Below are positions 1-8,362 of a DNA stretch of 64,000 nucleotides, piece after piece. Every line of letters begins with the position of its first letter. Position 1 is the stretch's first letter. The notes beneath the pieces were generated by a model that ran no database searches, was not told where the DNA came from, and saw nothing but the letters and a program-made list of their open reading frames with translations. The position numbers and the translations under genes were made by a program. The stretch is from an uncultured Actinomycetes bacterium (GTDB taxonomy: Bacteria; Actinomycetota; UBA4738; CALAEC01), in contig CAZKFH010000002.1 of the NCBI GenBank assembly GCA_964551945.1, positions 31,785 to 95,784 on the forward strand. Direction: 5' to 3'.

Positions 1-1382
1 CGTTCTCGCAGACGGCCGACGGTCTGTATCAGATCGCGCTCGCGACGACGCTCGTCTTCGGCGTGGAGGCGGCGCAGACCCCGGGGCAGGTGACGAAGCT
101 CCTCGCGGTCACGACCATCCCCTTCTCTCTGGTCGGCCCGTTCACCGGTCCCTTCATCGATCGGTTCTCGCGCCGCTCGGTCCTGATGGGATCGAAGCTC
201 GTGATGGTCGCGCTCACGCTCGCGATGATCCCGGCCGGCGACGGGCCCGAGGGTGTCTTGCTCACGCTCATCGTGGTGAACGTCTCGGTCAACCGGTTCT
301 TCCACGCGACGAAGAACGCCGTGCTTCCCTCCCTGGTTCCCTCGGAGCGGTACCTGGTCGCGAATGCCGTCTCCACGACGACCGGGATGGTGTGCGCGCT
401 CGGCGGAGCGGTGATCGCGGGCCCCCTCGTCGACGCGACGACACGCACCGTCGGCCTCGTCGCTGCTGCGGTCTGCATGGCCGTGTCCGGGGTGCTGGCC
501 GCAACGCTCACGCTGCCTCCCGGCGAGAAACGAGGCCTCAAGGGCATCGCCTCCGAGCTCCGCGAGAATCTCCGCGACGTTCGAGAGGGTGTCCGGGTCC
601 TTCGCGCCAGCTCCCAGGCCGCCTACGGCGTCGCGTCCGTGTGGGCGATCCGGGCGTTGCTCGGCTTCGTGGTGCTCGCCTCTCTCGTCCTCCTTCGGGA
701 ACGCTTCGACATCCAGGCGAGCGGCTTCTCCGCGGTCTGGGCTGCGTTGGGTGTCGGGGGCTTCTTCGGAGCCCTCCTGGTCCATCCCGTCGCGCGACGC
801 TTCGGGTATCCCGGCGTCGCCCCGGTCGCGATGGTCGTGGCTGCCGTCGCGGCCGCCGTCGGAGGGCCGATCGCCTCGCTGTTCGCCCTCCTGCCCGCGG
901 TGTTCGTCGGCGGCGCATGCATGTCGGCGACGAAGATCTCGTCCGACACCCTCGTGCAGCGCGGCGTCCCCGATCGGTTCCGGGGTCGTGCGTTCACGGT
1001 CTACGAGCTCGGCTACAACGGGGCCTTCGTGATCGCGGGACTGATCCCCACGGCCCTGCGAGGTCCGCTCGGAGACCTCGGCGTGATCCTGTTGACGGCC
1101 GGCCTCGCGGTGATCACCGCCGGCGGCCTGGCGGTGTGGCGGCGGCGGGTGCCCGAGCCGATCGACGTGCACGCCTACAGCGGGTCCAGTGCGGATGAGA
1201 CACCGCGGGAGGTCGTGCTCCGCGGAACGACGTTCCCCGTGGAGGAGATCCACCGGTCCTGGGTCGAGGAACGCGACGGCCGGCAGCTTCGCTGCTTCGT
1301 GCTCCGCCTGAAGGACGGGCGACGGCTCCAGGTCTCGCTGGACGAGACGTGGAGACTCGACCGGGAGCTCGCCCCCGACTAG
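1..1382 (+). CDS. MFS-type transporter, 5' partial (reading frame is open to the window start), with an ~80-aa C-terminal soluble extension
   Basis: The frame of ORF 63..1382 stays open back to position 3. Many hydrophobic helices (GLYQIALATTLVFG, LVMVALTLAMIPAG and others) fit the MFS pattern. The C-terminal tail VLRGTTFPVEEIHRSWVEERDGRQLRCFVLRL is non-membrane. Confidence 0.55.
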   Translation, partial: FSQTADGLYQIALATTLVFGVEAAQTPGQVTKLLAVTTIPFSLVGPFTGPFIDRFSRRSVLMGSKLVMVALTLAMIPAGDGPEGVLLTLIVVNVSVNRFFHATKNAVLPSLVPSERYLVANAVSTTTGMVCALGGAVIAGPLVDATTRTVGLVAAAVCMAVSGVLAATLTLPPGEKRGLKGIASELRENLRDVREGVRVLRASSQAAYGVASVWAIRALLGFVVLASLVLLRERFDIQASGFSAVWAALGVGGFFGALLVHPVARRFGYPGVAPVAMVVAAVAAAVGGPIASLFALLPAVFVGGACMSATKISSDTLVQRGVPDRFRGRAFTVYELGYNGAFVIAGLIPTALRGPLGDLGVILLTAGLAVITAGGLAVWRRRVPEPIDVHAYSGSSADETPREVVLRGTTFPVEEIHRSWVEERDGRQLRCFVLRLKDGRRLQVSLDETWRLDRELAPD

Positions 1383-1768
1383 CGGACGAGACCCGGACGC
1401 GGTCGGTACCGAAAGCGCACCACTCCTTCGATGTCCTCCCGGGCGACCGCTCCGAACGAGCGGCTGTCGCTGCTCCTCGCTCGATTGTCGCCCGCCACGA
1501 GAAACTCGGTCGAGGCCAACCGCTTTCCGTCGACCACGTCGCCGGGCACCGCGGACACACGCTTCACGAGATCGAAGGAGCCGTCGGGGTGCGCCAAGAC
1601 GACCACGCTGCCGCGACGCACGCGGCCGGCCCGGGTTGCGACGAGCCAGTCGCCCGCTTGGAGCGTGGGTTCCATGCTGCGGCCGGCGACCTCGACACGG
1701 AACGGCCGGGCCACCACCGCGGCGGCCCCGAGGCCCGCCGTGAGCCACCATCGAGCCACCTTGGGCAC
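1379..1768 (-). CDS. sodX: S26 signal-peptidase-like protease, likely the Ni-SOD maturation peptidase SodX
   Basis: Contains the GRSMEPTL motif with the catalytic Ser and the VKRV motif with the catalytic Lys. GDNRARSSDSR is typical of signal peptidase I. It is divergent from and adjacent to sodN, as in Streptomyces. Confidence 0.7.
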   Translation of the reverse strand: MPKVARWWLTAGLGAAAVVARPFRVEVAGRSMEPTLQAGDWLVATRAGRVRRGSVVVLAHPDGSFDLVKRVSAVPGDVVDGKRLASTEFLVAGDNRARSSDSRSFGAVAREDIEGVVRFRYRPRPGLVR

Positions 1769-1824
1769 GACGCTAGGCTACGTGGTGGTAGCGTTTGGCG
1801 AACGATCCATCGAGAGGAGGCATC

Positions 1825-2259
1825 ATGCGTCTGTCCGATTTCATCCGACCCCGTCGTGTGGTCCATGCGCACTGCGACCTTCCCTGCGGCGTGTACGACC
1901 CCGCGCAAGCCAGGATCGAAGCCGAGTCGGTCGTGGCCATCCAGGGGATGTTCGCGGACCCGTCCAAGCGGAAGCCACCGAACTGGAGCGACACCCAGAG
2001 CGAGGAAGGCTGGCAGGACCGCGCTCTGAAGATCAAAGAGGAGCGCGCGGATCTCGTGAAGCATCACCTGTGGGTGCTGTGGACCGACTACTTCAAGCCG
2101 GAGCACCTCGACAACCACCCGGGGCTGCACGAGACGTTCTGGAAGGCGACGAAGCTGGCCGGCGACGCGAAGCGGTCGCAGGACCCGAGCCAGGGTCAGC
2201 AGCTGCTGAACTCGATCGCCGAGATCGACGCGATCTTCCAGGCGACCAAGAAGGCCTAG
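1825..2259 (+). CDS. sodN: Nickel superoxide dismutase precursor with a 14-aa propeptide before the Ni-hook HCDLPCGVYDP
   Basis: The Ni-hook motif HCDLPCGVYDPA sits directly after MRLSDFIRPRRVVHA. A GAGGAGG ribosome-binding site lies 5 nt upstream of the ATG at 1825. The ORF track's start at 1795 is probably too early. Confidence 0.9.
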   Translation: MRLSDFIRPRRVVHAHCDLPCGVYDPAQARIEAESVVAIQGMFADPSKRKPPNWSDTQSEEGWQDRALKIKEERADLVKHHLWVLWTDYFKPEHLDNHPGLHETFWKATKLAGDAKRSQDPSQGQQLLNSIAEIDAIFQATKKA

Positions 2260-2433
2260 CTAGCGCGAACCGCCCTTGCGGCCGATCGTGCGATAGAAGT
2301 CGGCGCCGTACCTTTCTTTCGTGGTGAGGCCGCCTTTCTTCCCGCCTTTCCTGCCGATCTCTTGGAAGAAGTCGGGGCCGTAGCGCTGCTTCGTCGTGAG
2401 GCCGCCCTTGCGGCCCGCATCTGCCCTGGTCAT
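2260..2433 (-). CDS. KGG-repeat general stress protein (two tandem KGG units, 57 aa)
   Basis: The sequence MTRADAGRKGGLTTKQRYGPDFFQEIGRKGGKKGGLTTKERYGADFYRTIGRKGG has the KGG/Con-10 pattern. AAGAGGAAA lies 7 nt upstream of the ATG at 2433. The longer 2260..2676 track ORF is an upstream extension. Confidence 0.7.
   Translation of the reverse strand: MTRADAGRKGGLTTKQRYGPDFFQEIGRKGGKKGGLTTKERYGADFYRTIGRKGGSR
2263..2430. repeat. Internal tandem duplication (~69 nt / 23 aa) forming the two KGG repeats
   Basis: The units GGLTTKQRYGPDFFQEIGRKGG and GGLTTKERYGADFYRTIGRKGG are near-identical. Confidence 0.6.
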
Positions 2434-2568
2434 CCGGGTTTCCTCTTGTGCCACGTGCACTACCCCCTTTGGGGATCGGGTTGGGCTAGGTCTGAATCCT
2501 TCCCAGCCCCCCTCTCGCCAAAACCGTGACTCAACATCACGCCTCCCGAGGCCGATGACAGCACGGAG

Positions 2569-3639
2569 ATGTCCCTCACAACCTTCCTGCGGCACATGGT
2601 GGAGGCGGGAGCCAGCGACCTCCATCTCAAAGCCGGCTTGCCGCCGACGATCCGTGTCGACGGCAACCTCGAGCACGCTCCCTTCCCCCCGCTAACACCG
2701 GCGGACACGGAGAGCGCCGCGAGCGAGGTCCTCTCGGAGACGAAGGCCTTCGAGTTCAAGTCCTCCAACGAGGCGGACGTCGGCTACACGCTTCCGGGTG
2801 TCGGCCGCTTCCGCGTCAACGTCTTCAAGCAGCGCGGGAACGTGAACCTCGCGATCCGCCGCGTGCGCTCCGACATCCCGACATTCGAGGAGCTCCATCT
2901 GCCACCCGCGGTCGAGACCCTCGCCGCGGAGCCCCGCGGACTCGTGCTCGTGACCGGCCCCACGGGGACGGGCAAGACCACGACGATCGCATCCATGATC
3001 GGGTGGATCAACGCGCAGCGACACGCCCACATCGTCACGATCGAGGATCCGATCGAGATCGTGCACGACGACCTGCTCTCGATCGTGGATCAGCGAGAGA
3101 TCGGTCTCGACACGGAGTCGTATCGCACGGCGCTCAAGTACGTGGTCCGCCAGGATCCCGACGTCATCTTCATCGGTGAGATCCGCGACACGGAGACCGT
3201 CGAGGCCGCGCTTCAGGCCGCCGAGACGGGACATCTGGTGATCTCGACGCTGCACACGCTCGATGCAGCCGAGACCGTGAACCGCATCATCGACCTCTTC
3301 CCACCAGAGGTGCACCGGCAGGTCCGCATGTCGCTCGCCGGAACGTTGCGGGGGATCCTGAGTCAGCGCCTCGTTCCTCGCGCCGATGGCCGAGGGCGCG
3401 TGCCGGCCGTCGAGGCCCTCATCAACACCGGACGAGTGGCCGAGCGGATCGCGGACCCCGAGCAGACGAGCACGATCCCGGACGTGATCGCCGAGGGCGA
3501 CTTCTACGGCATGCAGACGTTCGACCAGGCCCTGGTCAAGCTCGTGGCGCAGGGGCTCGTCACACCTGACGACGCCGCCGGGGCCGCCTCGAACCCCCAC
3601 GACTTCCGGCTCACGCTCAAGCAAGCGCAGCTCACCTAA
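2569..3639 (+). CDS. pilT: Type IV pilus retraction ATPase PilT-like (twitching motility protein)
   Basis: Shows the SDLHLKAGLPPTIRVDG motif, Walker A GPTGTGKTT, and the VIFIGEIRD and ISTLHT PilT signature motifs. Confidence 0.8.
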   Translation: MSLTTFLRHMVEAGASDLHLKAGLPPTIRVDGNLEHAPFPPLTPADTESAASEVLSETKAFEFKSSNEADVGYTLPGVGRFRVNVFKQRGNVNLAIRRVRSDIPTFEELHLPPAVETLAAEPRGLVLVTGPTGTGKTTTIASMIGWINAQRHAHIVTIEDPIEIVHDDLLSIVDQREIGLDTESYRTALKYVVRQDPDVIFIGEIRDTETVEAALQAAETGHLVISTLHTLDAAETVNRIIDLFPPEVHRQVRMSLAGTLRGILSQRLVPRADGRGRVPAVEALINTGRVAERIADPEQTSTIPDVIAEGDFYGMQTFDQALVKLVAQGLVTPDDAAGAASNPHDFRLTLKQAQLT

Positions 3640-4009
3640 GCCCCCCGCCTTCCCGCTCCGCGAGTCGCGCCGCCTCCTCGAACGGATGGCCCCGGTACCC
3701 GGTGAAGATCCAGATCAGCACGTACAACGGGATGTAGAGGGGACCCAGTCGCTCGTACTGACGGACGTGGTGCAGCTCGTGCACCAGGAGATGTCCTTCT
3801 ACCGGACGGTCCGCGAGCACGACGTGGCCGTACGTGACCGCGGCTCGACGGAACAGATGGAGTGCCCACACGAACCCGCGGACACGACGATCGAACAGCA
3901 CGACTCCGCTCGCAACGCGCGGCCGCTGGAACGACAGGAGTCCGAACAGGAATCCGAGAAGCGTGTTGGGGCATGCCCACGCGTACGCGGCGAGCCGAAG
4001 AAGGGGCAT
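3632..4009 (-). CDS. Small membrane protein with an HExxH motif (HELHHVRQYE); putative membrane-embedded zincin-like protein
   Basis: Has hydrophobic N- and C-terminal segments and an HExxH motif. It converges on pilT and overlaps its 3' end by 8 nt. No family assignment is possible by eye. Confidence 0.35.
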   Translation of the reverse strand: MPLLRLAAYAWACPNTLLGFLFGLLSFQRPRVASGVVLFDRRVRGFVWALHLFRRAAVTYGHVVLADRPVEGHLLVHELHHVRQYERLGPLYIPLYVLIWIFTGYRGHPFEEAARLAEREGGGLR

Positions 4010-4035
4010 TCAGGGCCTAGGGTATCCTCAGCGCC

Positions 4036-5424
4036 GTGACTCCCGACCCGCCATCGATGGCGGACTTCATCGACCTTCCCACCTCCGCGACGGAGCTCGG
4101 CGCACGCTTCGAGAAAGCGGGGCATCAGCTCTATCTCGTCGGCGGCGCCGTGCGCGGCGCGGCTCTCGGCACGATCGGGGACGAGCTCGACTTCACGACG
4201 GACGCACGGCCGCCCGAGGTCATCCAGATCCTGCAGGGGTGGGCCGAGTCCCGTTACCTCATCGGCATCGAGTACGGCACGGTCGGTGCGCGGCGCGGCA
4301 ACTACACGTTCGAGATCACCACGTTCCGCGAGGACGTGTACCGAGAGGACTCTCGGAACCCGGTCGTCACCTACGCGAAGGACATCGAGACCGACCTCTC
4401 ACGTCGAGACTTCACCATCAACGCGATGGCGGTTCGCGTCCCGGGCGGCGAGTTCGTCGATCCGTTCCGCGGCTTACTCGACCTGGGGCACAAGCGCCTG
4501 CGCACCCCGCTCGACCCCGAGATCTCGTTCACGGACGACCCCCTGCGGATGCTGCGCGCGGCGCGGTTCGTGTCGACGCTGGGACTGGAGCCGGCGCCCG
4601 AGCTCGTCGAGGCGATCGGCCGGCTGCGCGACCGCCTGGAGATCATCTCGCCGGAGCGCATCCGGGCGGAGCTCTCGAAGCTACTCCTTGGCGATCACGT
4701 CGAACGAGGGCTCGCCCTCATCGTGGAGACGGGACTCGCCGAGGAGTTTCTGCCCGAGCTACCCTCCCTGCAGCTGGAGCAGGATCCGGTCCACCGGCAC
4801 AAGGACGTGCTCCGCCACACGTTCGCGGTCGTCAAGCGCTGCGAGCCGAGCGAGCGGCTCCGCCTGGCCGCGCTCCTCCATGACATCGGCAAGCCTCGAA
4901 CACGACAGATCACGCCTGAGGGCGTGCAGTTCCACCACCACGAGGTGGTCGGGGCTCGGATGGCCGAGGAGCGCTTGCGTGCGCTCCGCTACCCCGAGCG
5001 GACGATCCAGGACGTCGTTCGTCTCGTCGAGATGCACCTGCGCTTCCACACCTACCGGCTGGGGTGGTCCGACGGCGCGCTCCGCCGCTACGTTCGCGAC
5101 GCTGGTCCGCTGCTCGACGACCTGAACGCCCTCACGCGCGCCGACTGCACAACGCAGAACCCACAGAAGGCTCGCACCCTCACCGCCCTTCAGGACGAGC
5201 TCGAGGAGCGCATCGCCCGGCTCGCGGAGGAGGAGAACCTCGCGCGGATCCGCCCGCCGCTCGATGGCAACCAGGTCATGCAGCATCTCGGCGTCCCCGC
5301 CGGCCCCGTCGTCGGCGAGGCGCTCACGTACCTGCTCGAGCTGCGCATGGACCGGGGGCCGATCTCTGAGGAAGAGGCGTTCCGGCTCCTCGACGAGTGG
5401 TGGGAGCAGAAGGGCACCGGGTAG
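4036..5424 (+). CDS. cca: CCA-adding tRNA nucleotidyltransferase / poly(A) polymerase with HD domain
   Basis: Has the polymerase-beta head motif LYLVGGAVRG...DFTT and the HD motif LLHDIGKP. This matches the mycobacterial pcnA position next to the mutT-like gene. Confidence 0.8.
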   Translation: MTPDPPSMADFIDLPTSATELGARFEKAGHQLYLVGGAVRGAALGTIGDELDFTTDARPPEVIQILQGWAESRYLIGIEYGTVGARRGNYTFEITTFREDVYREDSRNPVVTYAKDIETDLSRRDFTINAMAVRVPGGEFVDPFRGLLDLGHKRLRTPLDPEISFTDDPLRMLRAARFVSTLGLEPAPELVEAIGRLRDRLEIISPERIRAELSKLLLGDHVERGLALIVETGLAEEFLPELPSLQLEQDPVHRHKDVLRHTFAVVKRCEPSERLRLAALLHDIGKPRTRQITPEGVQFHHHEVVGARMAEERLRALRYPERTIQDVVRLVEMHLRFHTYRLGWSDGALRRYVRDAGPLLDDLNALTRADCTTQNPQKARTLTALQDELEERIARLAEEENLARIRPPLDGNQVMQHLGVPAGPVVGEALTYLLELRMDRGPISEEEAFRLLDEWWEQKGTG

Positions 5425-5433
5425 CTCCGCGCC

Positions 5434-5898
5434 ATGCGGAACAGCGTCGACGTCCACAACTTCCTCCTCGAGCGGGAGGTCCCGCACGAGCTGGTGCCGG
5501 TCCGCGGCCGCTTCCGCTCGCCCGATCGGATCGCCGCGGTCCTGGGGCTGGAGCCGGATCAGGTGGGAAAGGTCGTGATCCTCGGCGCGAGCAAGGGGCT
5601 GGTCGCGGTGCTCGTCTCGTCACACCGTGAGGTGGATCTGCGACGGGTGGCGATCGCCGCGCCGACGCCCACGCTCGTCGAGATGACCTCGGAAGAGGTC
5701 ACCGACGCGACCGACTACTTCGCGGAGAGCGTGCCGCCGGTGGGCCTGCCGGCCGGGACGCAGGCAATCATGGACGGGGGGCTCGCGGAGCAGCAGGTCC
5801 TGTACTTCGCAGGCGGTGAAGCCTCGACGCTGCTCAAGATCCGCCCCGACGACCTCCGCCAGGCAACTGGGGCGAAGGTCGCGAAGGTGGCACGGTGA
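5434..5898 (+). CDS. YbaK/ProX-type aminoacyl-tRNA editing (deacylase) domain protein
   Basis: The 154-aa length and the pattern of YbaK/EbsC proteins (VHNFL...PHELV, KVVILG.SKG) fit this family. Confidence 0.6.
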   Translation: MRNSVDVHNFLLEREVPHELVPVRGRFRSPDRIAAVLGLEPDQVGKVVILGASKGLVAVLVSSHREVDLRRVAIAAPTPTLVEMTSEEVTDATDYFAESVPPVGLPAGTQAIMDGGLAEQQVLYFAGGEASTLLKIRPDDLRQATGAKVAKVAR

Positions 5899-6323
5899 AG
5901 ACACAGCACCGAACCTCCGCGGGTGGCGTACTCGTCCGACCCACGACGACGGGCGTGGAGGTGCTCCTCGCATCGCGACGCACGCGACGAGGCGAGCTCG
6001 TTTGGGGACTGCCGAAAGGCCTCGTCGAGGAGGGCGAGTCCCCGGAGGAGGCGGCGCTGCGCGAGGTCCGAGAGGAGACCGGCCACGCCGGCACGATCCG
6101 CGAGCCCCTCGGGGAGGTCTCTTACTGGTTCGTGTGGGACGGCGAACGCATCCGCAAGACCGTCCACTTCTTCCTGATGGATCACAACGGGGAGCCGCCC
6201 GGGGAGCGGGATCATGAGATGGAGGAGGTCAAGTGGTTCCCGCTGGAGGAAGCGGCGGACATCGCCGGCTTCAAGTCGGAGAAGCAGACGATCCGCAAGG
6301 CTCGAGAGGCAATGGGCTCGTGA
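5895..6323 (+). CDS. NUDIX hydrolase (MutT-like)
   Basis: The Nudix box GLPKGLVEEGESPEEAALREVREETG is present. Its position matches mutT4 in the mycobacterial oriC-proximal block. Confidence 0.75.
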   Translation: MKTQHRTSAGGVLVRPTTTGVEVLLASRRTRRGELVWGLPKGLVEEGESPEEAALREVREETGHAGTIREPLGEVSYWFVWDGERIRKTVHFFLMDHNGEPPGERDHEMEEVKWFPLEEAADIAGFKSEKQTIRKAREAMGS

Positions 6324-8362
6324 AGCGCGCGTTCGCCCTCCTCGCGGTGGCGGCGGTGAGCTCGCCGGCCACGCTGATCCCGACCCCGGCCGTCGCGCAG
6401 GACGGTGAGGCGGTCCGCCTCGTGCTCTTCGAGCAGACCACGACATCCACCGCGGGACAGCCCCTCCAGATCCGGGTTGGCGCCGTGAACGAGACGACGA
6501 CTGCCTTCGAGGATCTGCAGCTCACCGTCGCCGTGTACGCGGCGGTCGGCTCCCGCTCGGAGTACGCGCAGACGCTCACGACCGGGTCGACCTCGCCGCT
6601 GGCGGCCCAGCCCCGGAAGGTTCGGGGTCCGCTCCAAGCCGGAGCGGAGAACGGCCGCTCCTTCCCACCGATCGAGCTTCCCCTGGTCGACGTCGGGGTG
6701 AGCGGCCTGTATCCCGTGACGGTCGAGCTCCGCGCCGACGGGGGCGTCACCCCGCTCGCGGTCCTGCGAACGTCCGTCGTGTTCATCGCGGAGAAGCCGG
6801 AGGTTCCGCTCAACGTCTCTCTCTCCTTCGTGCTCGACCAGCCGATCCGGACACGTCCCGACGGCGTATTCCTGGACGACGCCCTCGAGCGGTCGCTCGC
6901 ACCCGACGGCCGGATGGCGACCATCGTCGGCGCACTCGAAGCCACGCAGGTGCCGGTCACGCTGGCGATCTCACCGGTTCTCCTCGTGGAGCTCCGCGAC
7001 ATGGTCGGGGGATACCGCGTCCAGGAAGGTGACGCGACTCGAGCAGTCCCGTCGGGGGAAGGCGGTGCAGCCGCGGCCGCGGACATGCTCGAGCGGCTCC
7101 GACTGCTTGCCCGCCGGCTCGGAACGGAGTTCGTGGCGCTTCCCTTCGCGTCCCCCTCCATCCCCGCCCTGGTCGAGGCCGGCCTCGGACCGGATCTCCG
7201 GACACACATCGAGCGGGGCAAGGAGCTGGTGCGAGAGATCCTGGCCGTCGAGCCCTCCCCCGCGATCTTCCGTCCGCCGGGATCCGCACTGTCGTCCTCC
7301 GCCCTGGACGTGCTGAACCTCGTCCTGGGCGGAGACGGTCTCACGGAAGCGCTGCTCGTCGATCCCGAGGTGCTCGAGCCACCCGAGGGGTCGCTCCTGT
7401 CGCCGCCTGCCGTCGCCTCGTTCCGGACGGCCAGCGGCTCGATCCCGACCATCGCCCCGGACCCGATCCTCGAGGAGCGGACGGAGTCCCTCCCCGAAGA
7501 CCCGGCGCTCGCGGCCATGTGGACCCTGGGCGAGCTGACCGCTCTCTACTTCGAGCAGCCGAGCCTCGACCGCGGCGCGGCGATCGTGTTCTCCGAGGAT
7601 GAGACCCCCTCGGCCGAGTTTCTCGGCGTCCTCCTGCGCGGCCTGCGCCCCGCGCCCGGCGTCACGGTGCTTCGACCGACGAATGCGAGCCGCGTGGTCG
7701 TCGCGGAGACTCGGGACGACGACCCGCCGCTCGAGGAGCGACGACTCCGGCAGTCCTCACGGTCGGCATCGATCCCCTCGTCCGTGGGAGCGGCCATCGA
7801 GCGCGCGCAAACGGACCTCGAGCGGCTTCAGTCTCTCGAAGCCACCCCGGACCTGATCGACCAGATCCGACGCGACGTGCTTCTCTCCGAGTCGCGGTAC
7901 TTCCTGGGCCGCGAGGATCTCGCACTCGCGTTCCTGTCCGCTGCGAGAGCGGCCGTCGAGGCTGAGTTCGCGAAGATCCAGCCGCCGGACGAGAGCTCGG
8001 TCGTCACGCTCACGTCGCGCGGCGGTCTGATCCCGCTGACGATCCGAAACGACGCCGGCTATCCGGTGCGCGTCCGCATCGCCCTGCGCTCGCCGAAGCT
8101 CGAGTTCCTTGACGGAGCCAATCGAGACGTCCTGCTCGAGCCGCCCGGCCAGCGATTCGACTTCTCGGTTCGAGCCCAGACGACGGGCAAGTTCGAGGTT
8201 GGGGTCGAGGTCCAAACACCGGACGGATTCCCGATCGCCGCATCCACGATCGTCGTGCGATCCACCGCCTACAACCGCGTTGCGCTCATCCTCACGATCG
8301 GCGCTGCTCTGTTCCTGGCCGTGTGGTGGGGAAGGAGGTTCCTGCCTCGGCGGAAGGGCTGA
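6320..8362 (+). CDS. Large exported protein with a C-terminal membrane anchor (Rv3909-like conserved actinobacterial protein)
   Basis: A GTG start at 6320 overlaps the NUDIX stop (GTGA). The signal peptide is VKRAFALLAVAAVSSPA...AVAQ. A C-terminal transmembrane helix LILTIGAALFLAVWW is present. It sits at the synteny position between mutT and murJ. Confidence 0.5.
   Translation: MKRAFALLAVAAVSSPATLIPTPAVAQDGEAVRLVLFEQTTTSTAGQPLQIRVGAVNETTTAFEDLQLTVAVYAAVGSRSEYAQTLTTGSTSPLAAQPRKVRGPLQAGAENGRSFPPIELPLVDVGVSGLYPVTVELRADGGVTPLAVLRTSVVFIAEKPEVPLNVSLSFVLDQPIRTRPDGVFLDDALERSLAPDGRMATIVGALEATQVPVTLAISPVLLVELRDMVGGYRVQEGDATRAVPSGEGGAAAAADMLERLRLLARRLGTEFVALPFASPSIPALVEAGLGPDLRTHIERGKELVREILAVEPSPAIFRPPGSALSSSALDVLNLVLGGDGLTEALLVDPEVLEPPEGSLLSPPAVASFRTASGSIPTIAPDPILEERTESLPEDPALAAMWTLGELTALYFEQPSLDRGAAIVFSEDETPSAEFLGVLLRGLRPAPGVTVLRPTNASRVVVAETRDDDPPLEERRLRQSSRSASIPSSVGAAIERAQTDLERLQSLEATPDLIDQIRRDVLLSESRYFLGREDLALAFLSAARAAVEAEFAKIQPPDESSVVTLTSRGGLIPLTIRNDAGYPVRVRIALRSPKLEFLDGANRDVLLEPPGQRFDFSVRAQTTGKFEVGVEVQTPDGFPIAASTIVVRSTAYNRVALILTIGAALFLAVWWGRRFLPRRKG

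Noticed and set aside
2434-2568. Possible regulatory RNA in the divergent KGG–pilT intergenic region (CCCCTTTGGGG and TGACTCAAC motifs)
   Set aside because: The hairpins are short (4 bp) and not followed by U tracts. There is no recognisable riboswitch consensus. They are most likely ordinary promoter sequence.
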